This document shows positions 16,011 through 24,104 of a DNA stretch of 32,000 bases, piece after piece. The notes below the pieces were generated by a model. That model made no database searches and was not told where the DNA came from. It was given only the letters and a program-made list of their open reading frames with translations. The stretch lies in the NCBI RefSeq assembly GCF_000020025.1, contig NC_010628.1, forward strand, positions 5,730,001 to 5,762,000. The letters are read 5' to 3'. Position 1 is the first letter of the stretch. The number at the start of each line of letters is the position of its first letter. The position numbers were made by a program, and so were the translations under genes. This DNA is from Nostoc punctiforme PCC 73102 (GTDB lineage Bacteria; Cyanobacteriota; Cyanobacteriia; Cyanobacteriales; Nostocaceae).

Positions 16011-16544
16011 ATGACTTACTTAAATATTAACCTCTATCTATTAATAGAAAATCTCCTCTTTTTTGTAATTGCCACACTTTTTATTGTGGTTGTGAACTGG
16101 GGGTGGAAACACACAAAGCCTTATACTCTACCTTTACCATTTCCCGGTTGGTATAAAATCTGGTTTGGCTCAGTGCAACTGCTAGGAGGATTGCTGCCCT
16201 TAGTAGTGATGCTATTGTGGGGTGTATGGTGGGGCGATCGCACTGTGTTGACTGTACTTGGTTGGTATTTTATTATATTAGGGTTGCAAATTATCTCTGA
16301 GATAGTAACACTCAGGCAGTTGCAAAATGTAGTGTGGGTAATGGTTCCTTATATATACTTGCCTTACCGCTTCTGGCAATTATACGAAGGTTTGACACTT
16401 TTAGATTCAAAAAGTGAGTTGGTATGGGTACAATATTTATTGATTTTTGAATTAGTGTTGTGGATTGTTAACTACGTTATAGATGTGTCTCAATTACCAC
16501 GGCTGTTTCGCTGGGAAGTAGAATCAAACTCCGATCTTAGTTAA
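16011..16544 (+). CDS. Hypothetical polytopic membrane protein
   Basis: Trp-rich hydrophobic ORF. The track start at 15990 is TTG; the first ATG is at 16011. 40-60 nt downstream of the DedA gene. Confidence 0.55.
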   Translation: MTYLNINLYLLIENLLFFVIATLFIVVVNWGWKHTKPYTLPLPFPGWYKIWFGSVQLLGGLLPLVVMLLWGVWWGDRTVLTVLGWYFIILGLQIISEIVTLRQLQNVVWVMVPYIYLPYRFWQLYEGLTLLDSKSELVWVQYLLIFELVLWIVNYVIDVSQLPRLFRWEVESNSDLS

Positions 16545-17101
16545 GGATTAATCGCAGAATTAGCCATTTTTATCAAAGAAGTGCGATCGCCTGCTTTCAA
16601 CCCAACAACATATTGCACACCCTGTTGTCTCCAAGTCAAGGTAGCATCTGAGCAATTAGCACCACAAGTAAAATCCACAAAATAGCCAGTAATTCCCTTA
16701 GCTAAAGATACAGCTTTACCATTCAGGCGGGGGGTTTTGCGGGTTACTGCTTCAGCAGAAATTACACCCAGACGACAAGCAGTTCCACTGCTACAATCAG
16801 GACTGAAACCGAGTAAAATCTCGTAGTTTTTTTGTGTAGCAGCTTCTATAATCGCGTAAATTGGATTTTCCCCATCTGATTCAGGAATAAACTTCGGCAA
16901 CAGAATCCGAATTTGAGTCTTTTGCTTTAATTTAGGCAAAATAGATTTAAAAACTGGGTGTATCTGGGTTTTACCCTGGCTTTGTGCTATTAGTTGGGAC
17001 TGGTTATTTATAGTAGCTATCGCTGACTTGTGAAAGCTGCTAACGCTGACTAATACAAATACGCCACATACAGCACTGATATAACTGATGCTTGAAATCA
17101 T
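16541..17101 (-). CDS. Hypothetical secreted Cys-containing protein
   Basis: The ATG at 17101 gives a signal-peptide-like N-terminus (MISSISYISAVCGVFVLVSVSSF). The longer track ORF to 17245 adds an implausible leader. Its stop shares a TTAA with the convergent gene. Confidence 0.55.
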   Translation of the reverse strand: MISSISYISAVCGVFVLVSVSSFHKSAIATINNQSQLIAQSQGKTQIHPVFKSILPKLKQKTQIRILLPKFIPESDGENPIYAIIEAATQKNYEILLGFSPDCSSGTACRLGVISAEAVTRKTPRLNGKAVSLAKGITGYFVDFTCGANCSDATLTWRQQGVQYVVGLKAGDRTSLIKMANSAINP

Positions 17102-17262
17102 CTTTGAAAACCTATTTCGTCTAAAAAAGGAGTTAGGAATAAATACAGCAGATTGCAAGTAAGTTAGGTACAAAATGCAGCACTCAAAATTCAGATATAA
17201 AGAGTTTCTACCTTCTGCCTCAAAACCCTTAGTTTTGTACTTCATGTAAAGGAAAACTGCTG

Positions 17263-17310
17263 TAACTCCTAACTCCTCAGTTATAACTCTTAACTCCTAA
17301 GTCGTAACTT
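17263..17310. repeat. Heptamer array (taactcc-type) immediately 3' of the ThDP-enzyme gene
   Basis: taactcctaactcc is tandem at 17263-17276, with further degenerate units up to 17310. Confidence 0.7.
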
Positions 17311-17311
17311 T

Positions 17312-18955
17312 TTACACCGCACAACTCAACTCGCCAGCTTTTTGACTGAAGCGGTGATTTTCCCGATAATCTACGGGACAATCTATCACGGCGGGTACAT
17401 CTTGAGCGAGGGCTTCTTTCAGAGTGGGAATTAAATCTAAAGCCGATTCAACTCGGTACCCTTTTAAACCCATGCTTTCAGCGTATTTAACAAAATCAGG
17501 ATTACTAAAATGCACAAAAGATGAGTTTCCTTTGCCAAAGTGATTTTCTTGCTTCCACTCAATTAATCCATAGCCACCATCATTGAAAATTATGGTGACA
17601 AAAGGTGTACCTACGCGTAAGGCTGTTTCTAATTCTTGAGAATTCATCATAAAGCCGCCATCACCTGTTACAGCAACGACTTTGCGTTTAGGATGAACGA
17701 GTTTTGCTGCTAATGCGCCAGGAATAGCAATACCCATAGCCGCGAAGCCGTTGGAAATTATGCAAGTATTGGGGCTATGGCAATGATAATGACGAGCCAT
17801 CCACATCTTATGTGCGCCAACATCAGAGATGACGATATCATCTGGGCCCATCACTTGCCGTAAATCATAAATTAACTTTTGTGGCTTAATGGGAAATCCG
17901 TCATCATGGGCATACTGTTCATAATCAGCCCGAATATCTGATCTTAAGCTAATAGCAAAAGGATCGGGTTTACCTTGTCTGTCTGCTAATTTTAAAATTT
18001 CATAGAGGGAATCTGAAATATCTCCCACGACTTCGGCGTTAGGAATATAACTACTATCAATTTCCGCCGGACTTACCCCAATATGCACAATCGGAATTTC
18101 ACCATTCCGATTCCATTTTTTCGGAGAAAACTCAATCAAATCATAGCCGATGGCAATTACTAAATCTGTGTTATCAAAACCGCAGGTAATGAAGTCTCTT
18201 TGCTGTAATCCGACTGACCACAAAGCCAATTGATGTGTGTAGGGAATCACACCTTTACCCATGAAAGTATTGGCAACAGGTATATTCAGTAATGTGGCAA
18301 ATTGGGTTACGGCATCACTTGCTTGAGCGCGAATTGCCCCATTTCCGACTAAGATTAATGGGTTAACTGCTTGGCAAATTGCGGCTGCTGCTGCCCGAAT
18401 GCTAGCAAAAGATGCATAAGTTTTTTCGCTATTATCCTTACGCAAAGGTTTGCCTTCGACGGGCATGGCAGCAATATTTTCTGGTAAATCGATGTGAACT
18501 GCACCGGGTTTTTCAGATTGCGATCGCTTAAATGCTTTCCGCACTACTTCTGGTGTAATACTCGGTCGCACAATCTGCTTATTCCACTTGGTAACAGGTG
18601 CAAACATTGCCACCAAATCTAAATATTGATGGGATTCGATGTGCATTCTATCTGTTCCCACTTGACCAGTAATTGCCACCAAGGGCGCACCATCGAGGTT
18701 AGCATCTGCTACCCCAGTCATCAAGTTGGTTGCCCCAGGGCCAAGAGTAGAAAGACACACTCCGGCTTTTCCTGTTAAGCGTCCGTAGACATCGGCCATG
18801 AATGCTGCACCTTGTTCATGACGAGTCGTAATAAATTTGATCGAAGAATGTTTTAGCGCTTCCAAAACGTGCAGGTTTTCTTCGCCAGGGAGTCCAAAAA
18901 TATATTGCACTCCTTCATTTTCTAGGCACTGCACCAATAATTCTGCTGTATTCAT
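17312..18955 (-). CDS. ThDP-dependent acetolactate-synthase-like enzyme, probable 2-oxoglutarate decarboxylase
   Basis: 547 aa with ThDP motif GDGGFMMNSQELETA...NDGGYG. No small regulatory subunit; lies directly downstream of an SSADH gene, the pairing known for the cyanobacterial TCA bypass. Confidence 0.7.
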   Translation of the reverse strand: MNTAELLVQCLENEGVQYIFGLPGEENLHVLEALKHSSIKFITTRHEQGAAFMADVYGRLTGKAGVCLSTLGPGATNLMTGVADANLDGAPLVAITGQVGTDRMHIESHQYLDLVAMFAPVTKWNKQIVRPSITPEVVRKAFKRSQSEKPGAVHIDLPENIAAMPVEGKPLRKDNSEKTYASFASIRAAAAAICQAVNPLILVGNGAIRAQASDAVTQFATLLNIPVANTFMGKGVIPYTHQLALWSVGLQQRDFITCGFDNTDLVIAIGYDLIEFSPKKWNRNGEIPIVHIGVSPAEIDSSYIPNAEVVGDISDSLYEILKLADRQGKPDPFAISLRSDIRADYEQYAHDDGFPIKPQKLIYDLRQVMGPDDIVISDVGAHKMWMARHYHCHSPNTCIISNGFAAMGIAIPGALAAKLVHPKRKVVAVTGDGGFMMNSQELETALRVGTPFVTIIFNDGGYGLIEWKQENHFGKGNSSFVHFSNPDFVKYAESMGLKGYRVESALDLIPTLKEALAQDVPAVIDCPVDYRENHRFSQKAGELSCAV

Positions 18956-18975
18956 TTTATTTCCTAACTATTTAT

Positions 18976-19081
18976 TTAGTCATTTGTCCTTTGTCACTTG
19001 TACTGAGCGAAGTCGAAGTATTTGTCCTTTGTCATTGGTCATTTTTTGGCTAATGATCAATGACTAATGACTAATGACCAA
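18976..19081. repeat. STRR-like heptamer arrays in both orientations plus a GAGCGAAGTCGAAG repeat
   Basis: ttagtca/tttgtcc/tttgtca (18976-), tttgtcc/tttgtca/ttggtca (19021-19041), then tgatcaa/tgactaa/tgactaa/tgaccaa (19054-19081). Fills the SSADH-decarboxylase spacer. Confidence 0.85.
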
Positions 19082-19082
19082 T

Positions 19083-20450
19083 CTATTTAACCCACACAGT
19101 TTTCACATTGACAAACTCATGTATACCCTGGATACTCAATTCTCTGCCATATCCAGAACGCTTAGTACCACCAAAGGGCAACCGGGGATCGGATTTGACC
19201 ATACTGTTGATAAACACGGCACCGGCTTCGATTTCCTCAATCAAGCGATCGCATTCTTGGTCGTTCTTTGTCCAAGCGCTTGCACCTAATCCAAAGGGGC
19301 TGTCATTAGCGAGTTTAATGGCAGCATCGATATCAGGAACCCGGAACAACAAGGCTACTGGACCAAAGAATTCTTCTTTTGCAATTGGTGTGTCAGGCGG
19401 GATATCTATGATAATCGTTGGCGGATAAAAGTTCCCTGGACGATCTGATAAAGGATGTCCGCCGGTGAGGACTTTACCACCAATTTTGGTAGCAGCTTGT
19501 ACTTGTTGATCTAAATCCTGGAGAATACCAGGTGTTGCCAATGGGCCTAAATCGGTATCCGATTGCATAGGATCGCCTACTTTTAGCGCCTCGAATTTTT
19601 CTAAAAGCAATTTTTCAAATTTATCTGCGATCGCTTCTGCGACAATAAAACGTTTCGCTGCAATACATGATTGCCCGTTATTCAACATCCTTGCTGTAGT
19701 AGCTGTGACAACTGCTGTCTCTAAGTCAGCACTTTCTAACACAATAAATGGATCGCTTCCTCCCAATTCCAAAACTGTTTTTTTGATTTGTTTGCCGGCG
19801 GCGACAGCGAGGGATATGCCTGCTGGTTCGCTTCCAGTTAAGGTGGCAGCTTTTACGCGGTCATCAGCCATTAAATCAGCGACTTTGGCAGCGCCTATTA
19901 ATAGAGTTTGAAACGCACCTTCAGGAAAACCCGCGCGTCGGATAATATCTTCAATTGCCAAGGCGCACTGCGGCACATTGGAAGCGTGTTTGAGTAAGCC
20001 GACATTTCCCGCCATTAGTGCTGGTGCAGCAAAGCGGAACACTTGCCAAAAGGGAAAATTCCACGGCATCACCGCAAGAATTGCACCCATTGGTTGATAA
20101 CGTACAAAACTCTGGCTGGCATCAGTTTTTACACTGACATCAGCCAAAAAACTAGGGGCATGTTCGGCATAGTAGCGACAGACAACGGCGCATTTTTCGA
20201 CTTCTGCGATCGCAGCTTTAAATGGCTTACCCATTTCCAGAGTCATTAACTTAGCAAATTCTGCTTTGTCTTGCTCTAAAATATCAGCAGCCTTTTGTAG
20301 CCATTGCGATCGCTCAGAAAAATCAGTCTGGCGATACTTTTCAAAAGCCTGATTAGCCAAATCGAGTTTAGCGAGAATTTCTGTATCATTGAGCGCCTCA
20401 AAGGTCTTGAGCGTCTCCCCAGTGGCGGGATTGATAGTAGCGATCGCCAT
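19083..20450 (-). CDS. gabD: NAD(P)-dependent succinate-semialdehyde dehydrogenase
   Basis: Aldehyde dehydrogenase family with LELGGSDP and GQSCIAAKRF catalytic motifs. The ATG at 20450 (MAIATINPATGE) has ggagg upstream; the track start at 20510 is an extension. Confidence 0.8.
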   Translation of the reverse strand: MAIATINPATGETLKTFEALNDTEILAKLDLANQAFEKYRQTDFSERSQWLQKAADILEQDKAEFAKLMTLEMGKPFKAAIAEVEKCAVVCRYYAEHAPSFLADVSVKTDASQSFVRYQPMGAILAVMPWNFPFWQVFRFAAPALMAGNVGLLKHASNVPQCALAIEDIIRRAGFPEGAFQTLLIGAAKVADLMADDRVKAATLTGSEPAGISLAVAAGKQIKKTVLELGGSDPFIVLESADLETAVVTATTARMLNNGQSCIAAKRFIVAEAIADKFEKLLLEKFEALKVGDPMQSDTDLGPLATPGILQDLDQQVQAATKIGGKVLTGGHPLSDRPGNFYPPTIIIDIPPDTPIAKEEFFGPVALLFRVPDIDAAIKLANDSPFGLGASAWTKNDQECDRLIEEIEAGAVFINSMVKSDPRLPFGGTKRSGYGRELSIQGIHEFVNVKTVWVK

Positions 20451-20770
20451 TACCTGACCTCCCGTTAAAAAATAGCTTGACTGTTGGCTTCCTAGTGTTA
20501 CACAGATCAATTCTGGAAGCTACCACCCAAATTTTAGTCTTTTAAGCAAAAATTAGTCGCTTAATATTACAATTTCACAAATAATTGTGAAACAAAATAT
20601 ACAACTGAACTATGTATTTATCTTGTTAAATTTGTCATTCCAATACCCATGACCAATACAACTCTTGGAGAGGCTACGCCCTAAGCGTAACTATGCAGCA
20701 GGCTTTACGACTACGCGCTAGTTGAATCTCGACTTCGCTCGATTTCCGCGCAGTCGAAACTCATTACAAG

Positions 20771-20791
20771 TGACTAATGACTAATGACCAA
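20771..20791. repeat. Heptamer array tgactaa tgactaa tgaccaa overlapping the cyclase stop codon
   Basis: Three exact-period heptamers. The cyclase C-terminus ...IIGH* is read from them on the minus strand. Confidence 0.85.
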
Positions 20792-22421
20792 TAATTGTTG
20801 GCACTTGCTGCAAATTTGTCTGATAAACCTTAACTAATCGATCAATACCTTTGAAACGATAATCTCCCATTTCCTGGAAGTCTTCAGGCATTGAAAGCAT
20901 TTTATGAGTGGCTTGACTAATCACGCATTCACTAGGGGGACAAACTGCTTCCATCCGAGCAGCAAGATTAATCGTCGCGCCTAATGCCGTATAATCTACC
21001 CTTTGGGAACTACCAACATCTCCCACAACAGCCTTACCACTATTGATAGCAATCCGTAATTGCAGGGGTTCGTGCCAAAAACCATTGGCGTTTAAATGTT
21101 CGAGACGAGTAAGCATTCCTTTGGCAGCAGTAACAGCGCGATCGGCGTGATCTGCTTGCGGTTCTGGAGCGCCAAAAAACGCCATAATACAATCGCCAAT
21201 ATATTTATCTAAAGTGCCACCGCAAGTAAACACTTCTTTTAGCATTTCTTCAAATAAATTATTTAATAGTTGAGCGATCGCAGTTGGCGTTAATCGTTCA
21301 GAAATTGCTGTAAAACCAACTAAATCCGCAAACAAAATACTGATTTCGCTCTCAGCGGGAGCTAAACGACCACCCGGTAATCCGCCTACAGAGATCAACT
21401 GCTGTACAACTGCTGGAGAATGATAGCGTTCTAGTCGGTGACGAATCATCTCTTCAGTTTTGAGTTTCTCTACCAGCAACCAACGCTGGACGCTAGAAGC
21501 TACAAGATTTGCTAAAGCTGAGAAAAAGCTGAGTTCTTCCTCACCTTCATTTGCCCAATGGTAAGAAGAAAGATTAGCATCGGCATAGAGTACGCCCACA
21601 ACCTTATTTTCATCCCATAAAGGCACTGCCATCGCGCTACGAATGCCTTTGACTAAAATACTCTGTTCACTAGCAAACCTTTCATCTTGATGGGTATCGG
21701 CGGTTTGAATGACAACTTTTTCCTCAAATACCTTTTGACAGATACTCCGACTAATCCAACTTCCATCTGAGGGGAGATGTTTTTGTTGGGAACTATTTCT
21801 CGTAGCAGCGTTCACTAACTCTAATTGACCGCAACCATTAACATCAATTAATAGTGCCAAGCGATCGATACTATCAAGGTAACGAAAAACTACTTGCTGT
21901 ACCTGAGAAAAAATCTCTTCTATAGATGCCGCTGCACAAAGATTTTTCGCTATATCCACTAAGTCTTTGAGACGGGCAATGGTTTTGTCCTTGTTGCTGA
22001 TATTGCCATCCTTGCTATCAGCTGCAATCCATTGCTGTTGTAATTGTTCGACATTGTGCAGAATTGTTCTCTGCTCATTATTGTCCGAACTTGCGTAATA
22101 CTCAGGTAGCGATTGAGCAGCAGCGCTTGTGAGCATTACTACCAGGCTAACATTGCCCAACCAAACGATATCACCATGATGCAACTCTTGGGGACAGTTA
22201 ATCAGATATTTATTGACTTGCGTCCCGTTTTTGCTGCCCAGATCCTCAATAGTCCACACACCGTCTGCTGTTTTCGCCAGGCGAGCATGGTTGCGGGAGA
22301 CTCCAACAAAAGGTAAGTACAAGTTACATTCCGGCAAACGACCAATTGTGAATATACCTTGATCGACTGCGATCGTTGTCTCCGTATCTCCCTCTTTTAG
22401 GCGTAGCGTGAGTTCAGTCAT
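20781..22421 (-). CDS. FHA-GAF-class III adenylate/guanylate cyclase
   Basis: N-terminal FHA (TIGRLPECNLYL...SRNHARL...GSKNGTQVN), central GAF-like region, C-terminal CHD (ILFADLVGFT, GDCIMAFFGAP, RIAINSGKAVVGDVG). Confidence 0.85.
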   Translation of the reverse strand: MTELTLRLKEGDTETTIAVDQGIFTIGRLPECNLYLPFVGVSRNHARLAKTADGVWTIEDLGSKNGTQVNKYLINCPQELHHGDIVWLGNVSLVVMLTSAAAQSLPEYYASSDNNEQRTILHNVEQLQQQWIAADSKDGNISNKDKTIARLKDLVDIAKNLCAAASIEEIFSQVQQVVFRYLDSIDRLALLIDVNGCGQLELVNAATRNSSQQKHLPSDGSWISRSICQKVFEEKVVIQTADTHQDERFASEQSILVKGIRSAMAVPLWDENKVVGVLYADANLSSYHWANEGEEELSFFSALANLVASSVQRWLLVEKLKTEEMIRHRLERYHSPAVVQQLISVGGLPGGRLAPAESEISILFADLVGFTAISERLTPTAIAQLLNNLFEEMLKEVFTCGGTLDKYIGDCIMAFFGAPEPQADHADRAVTAAKGMLTRLEHLNANGFWHEPLQLRIAINSGKAVVGDVGSSQRVDYTALGATINLAARMEAVCPPSECVISQATHKMLSMPEDFQEMGDYRFKGIDRLVKVYQTNLQQVPTIIGH

Positions 22422-22683
22422 GAGTGTGATCCATCAAAGCTAGAGGTGCAAGCAACTCTCAGGTAAGTTCTACCCTACAGGTTAACCTTCGCCTTTTCTT
22501 TATGACACTGTTAACTGCATTCCGACAACTGTATGTGACAGATGTTACATTGAATCAGGCTATTCTGCTGGAAGTTTATAGGACTTCCGTAAAATATCTC
22601 TCAAACTATCGTTTCTCCGTGTCGTGTCAGTTGCTACAACGCAGAGGCTAGCGTCAAAGGGATTTCCCCGATGAGCGACTGAT

Positions 22684-23565
22684 TTAATTGGGCGGTAATT
22701 CTAAACTCATTTCACCTAATAACCCCTTACGAAAATCTGTTAAAAGTTGCCTTGCAGCACGCTCTACATCACCTTTGTAACGATGCTCTGCTAAAGCATG
22801 TAGATAAGTATCCCCGGTGTCTGAGGTCGAATCGAGTTGGTAGCGGGACTGTAATGGTTTCTTCGGTAACAAATCTGTAGTTACAGCTTCCAAGTAGTTG
22901 AATAAATCCACTAAGGCTGCTGCTACTAGCTGATTATCGTAAGATGCTTCGCCGATATCATCACAAATGGCTAATTTCAATGCTGCGTCTTGGTCTTCCA
23001 ACCTTAGAGGGATGACACCAGGAGCATCTAACAATTCCAAATGTTCAGAAATTCGCACCCAGCGCAATTGGCGAGTTACCCCAGGACGGGCTGCACTTTC
23101 CACTACTCGCCGTCCTAAAAGGCGGTTAATCAAAGCTGATTTACCAACATTGGGAAAACCAATTACCACAGCCCGGACTGGACGAGGTAACATTCCGCGA
23201 TCGCTTCTTCTTTGATTGAGTTCTACTCCGGCCGCTTGCGCTGCTCGCGCCACTTCTGCTATACCTTTACCATGTTGAGCGTTGGTAAAATAAGGGACTT
23301 CCCCTTGACGTTTAAACCAATCTATCCACAGCGATCGCATTTGCGGCGTAATCATATCTACTCGGTTAAGTATCAATACCCGTGTCTTACCCTCTACCCA
23401 CTCACCTATTTGGGGATGATGAGTCGCTAAGGGAATTCGGGCATCTCGTACCTCAAATACCACATCTACGCGCTTCAGCTGTTCTTTGAGCTTCTTTTCC
23501 GCTTTCGCAATGTGACCTGGATACCATTGAATTACGTTTAATCTATAGTTTTGAGTTATAGCCAC
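22684..23565 (-). CDS. rbgA: Ribosome biogenesis GTPase A (YlqF/RbgA), circularly permuted GTPase
   Basis: WYPGHIAKAEKKL near the N-terminus, NRVD (G4) preceding GFPNVGKS (G1), and DAPG. Confidence 0.88.
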   Translation of the reverse strand: MAITQNYRLNVIQWYPGHIAKAEKKLKEQLKRVDVVFEVRDARIPLATHHPQIGEWVEGKTRVLILNRVDMITPQMRSLWIDWFKRQGEVPYFTNAQHGKGIAEVARAAQAAGVELNQRRSDRGMLPRPVRAVVIGFPNVGKSALINRLLGRRVVESAARPGVTRQLRWVRISEHLELLDAPGVIPLRLEDQDAALKLAICDDIGEASYDNQLVAAALVDLFNYLEAVTTDLLPKKPLQSRYQLDSTSDTGDTYLHALAEHRYKGDVERAARQLLTDFRKGLLGEMSLELPPN

Positions 23566-23571
23566 TTTTTT

Positions 23572-23634
23572 ATTTGTCCTTTGTTATTTGTCCTTTGTCA
23601 TTAGTCATTTGTCCAAAACCAATGACTAATGACT
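23572..23634. repeat. STRR-like heptamer array forming a perfect 13-bp hairpin
   Basis: Six atttgtc/ctttgtc-type heptamers (23572-23613). gtcattagtcatt (23597-23609) pairs exactly with aatgactaatgac (23621-23633). Overlaps the VOC gene stop. Confidence 0.85.
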
Positions 23635-24039
23635 CTCTGTAGTAGCAGCGTGATGTAAAATCAGACGATTGCCATCAGGGTCATAGGCATAAATTTCTCT
23701 GCCGTGGGAAGCAGTGGAAATATTTCCTGGTGGAGGATAACCTAAAGCTGTTAGGTGAGCGATCGAATCTTCTAAGTTACTCACTTCTAAACACAAACTT
23801 ATCTTACTTTTGGCGTAGACACCAAGTGGGCTGTCGTTAGACATCGCTTCAAATTCCGATTCGTTTGTCTTTTTGGGTTTAAAAATACCTAATCGCATAC
23901 CAACCAAATTAAACTCAGCATAGACATTCGGAATCAAACTAACTGCTTTTTGCTCCAGAAATTTAGTATAAAAATTTACTAATTTATCAAAATTAACCGA
24001 TCCTATAGTGACAAATGCGTTAGTGTACTCGAAAACCAT
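23626..24039 (-). CDS. VOC (glyoxalase/bleomycin-resistance/dioxygenase) family protein
   Basis: 137 aa with a beta-alpha-beta-beta-beta style sequence and the C-terminal GREIYAYDPDGNRLIL motif typical of the VOC family. Confidence 0.7.
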   Translation of the reverse strand: MVFEYTNAFVTIGSVNFDKLVNFYTKFLEQKAVSLIPNVYAEFNLVGMRLGIFKPKKTNESEFEAMSNDSPLGVYAKSKISLCLEVSNLEDSIAHLTALGYPPPGNISTASHGREIYAYDPDGNRLILHHAATTESH

Positions 24040-24041
24040 AT

Positions 24042-24077
24042 TTGCCTATTGCCTATTGCCTATTGCCTTATCCCAAC
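24042..24077. repeat. Heptamer array ttgccta x4 plus atcccaac; left copy of a 19-bp inverted repeat
   Basis: Period-7 units at 24042, 24049, 24056 and 24063. 24059-24077 (cctattgccttatcccaac) recurs inverted at 25859-25877. Confidence 0.85.
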
Positions 24078-24104
24078 ATCTTAATTTTGGCTAAAGTATT
24101 GTGA

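Noticed and set aside
16541-16544. Convergent genes sharing a TTAA so that both stop codons overlap
   Set aside because: This is real in the sequence but a trivial 4-nt overlap with no obvious functional implication.
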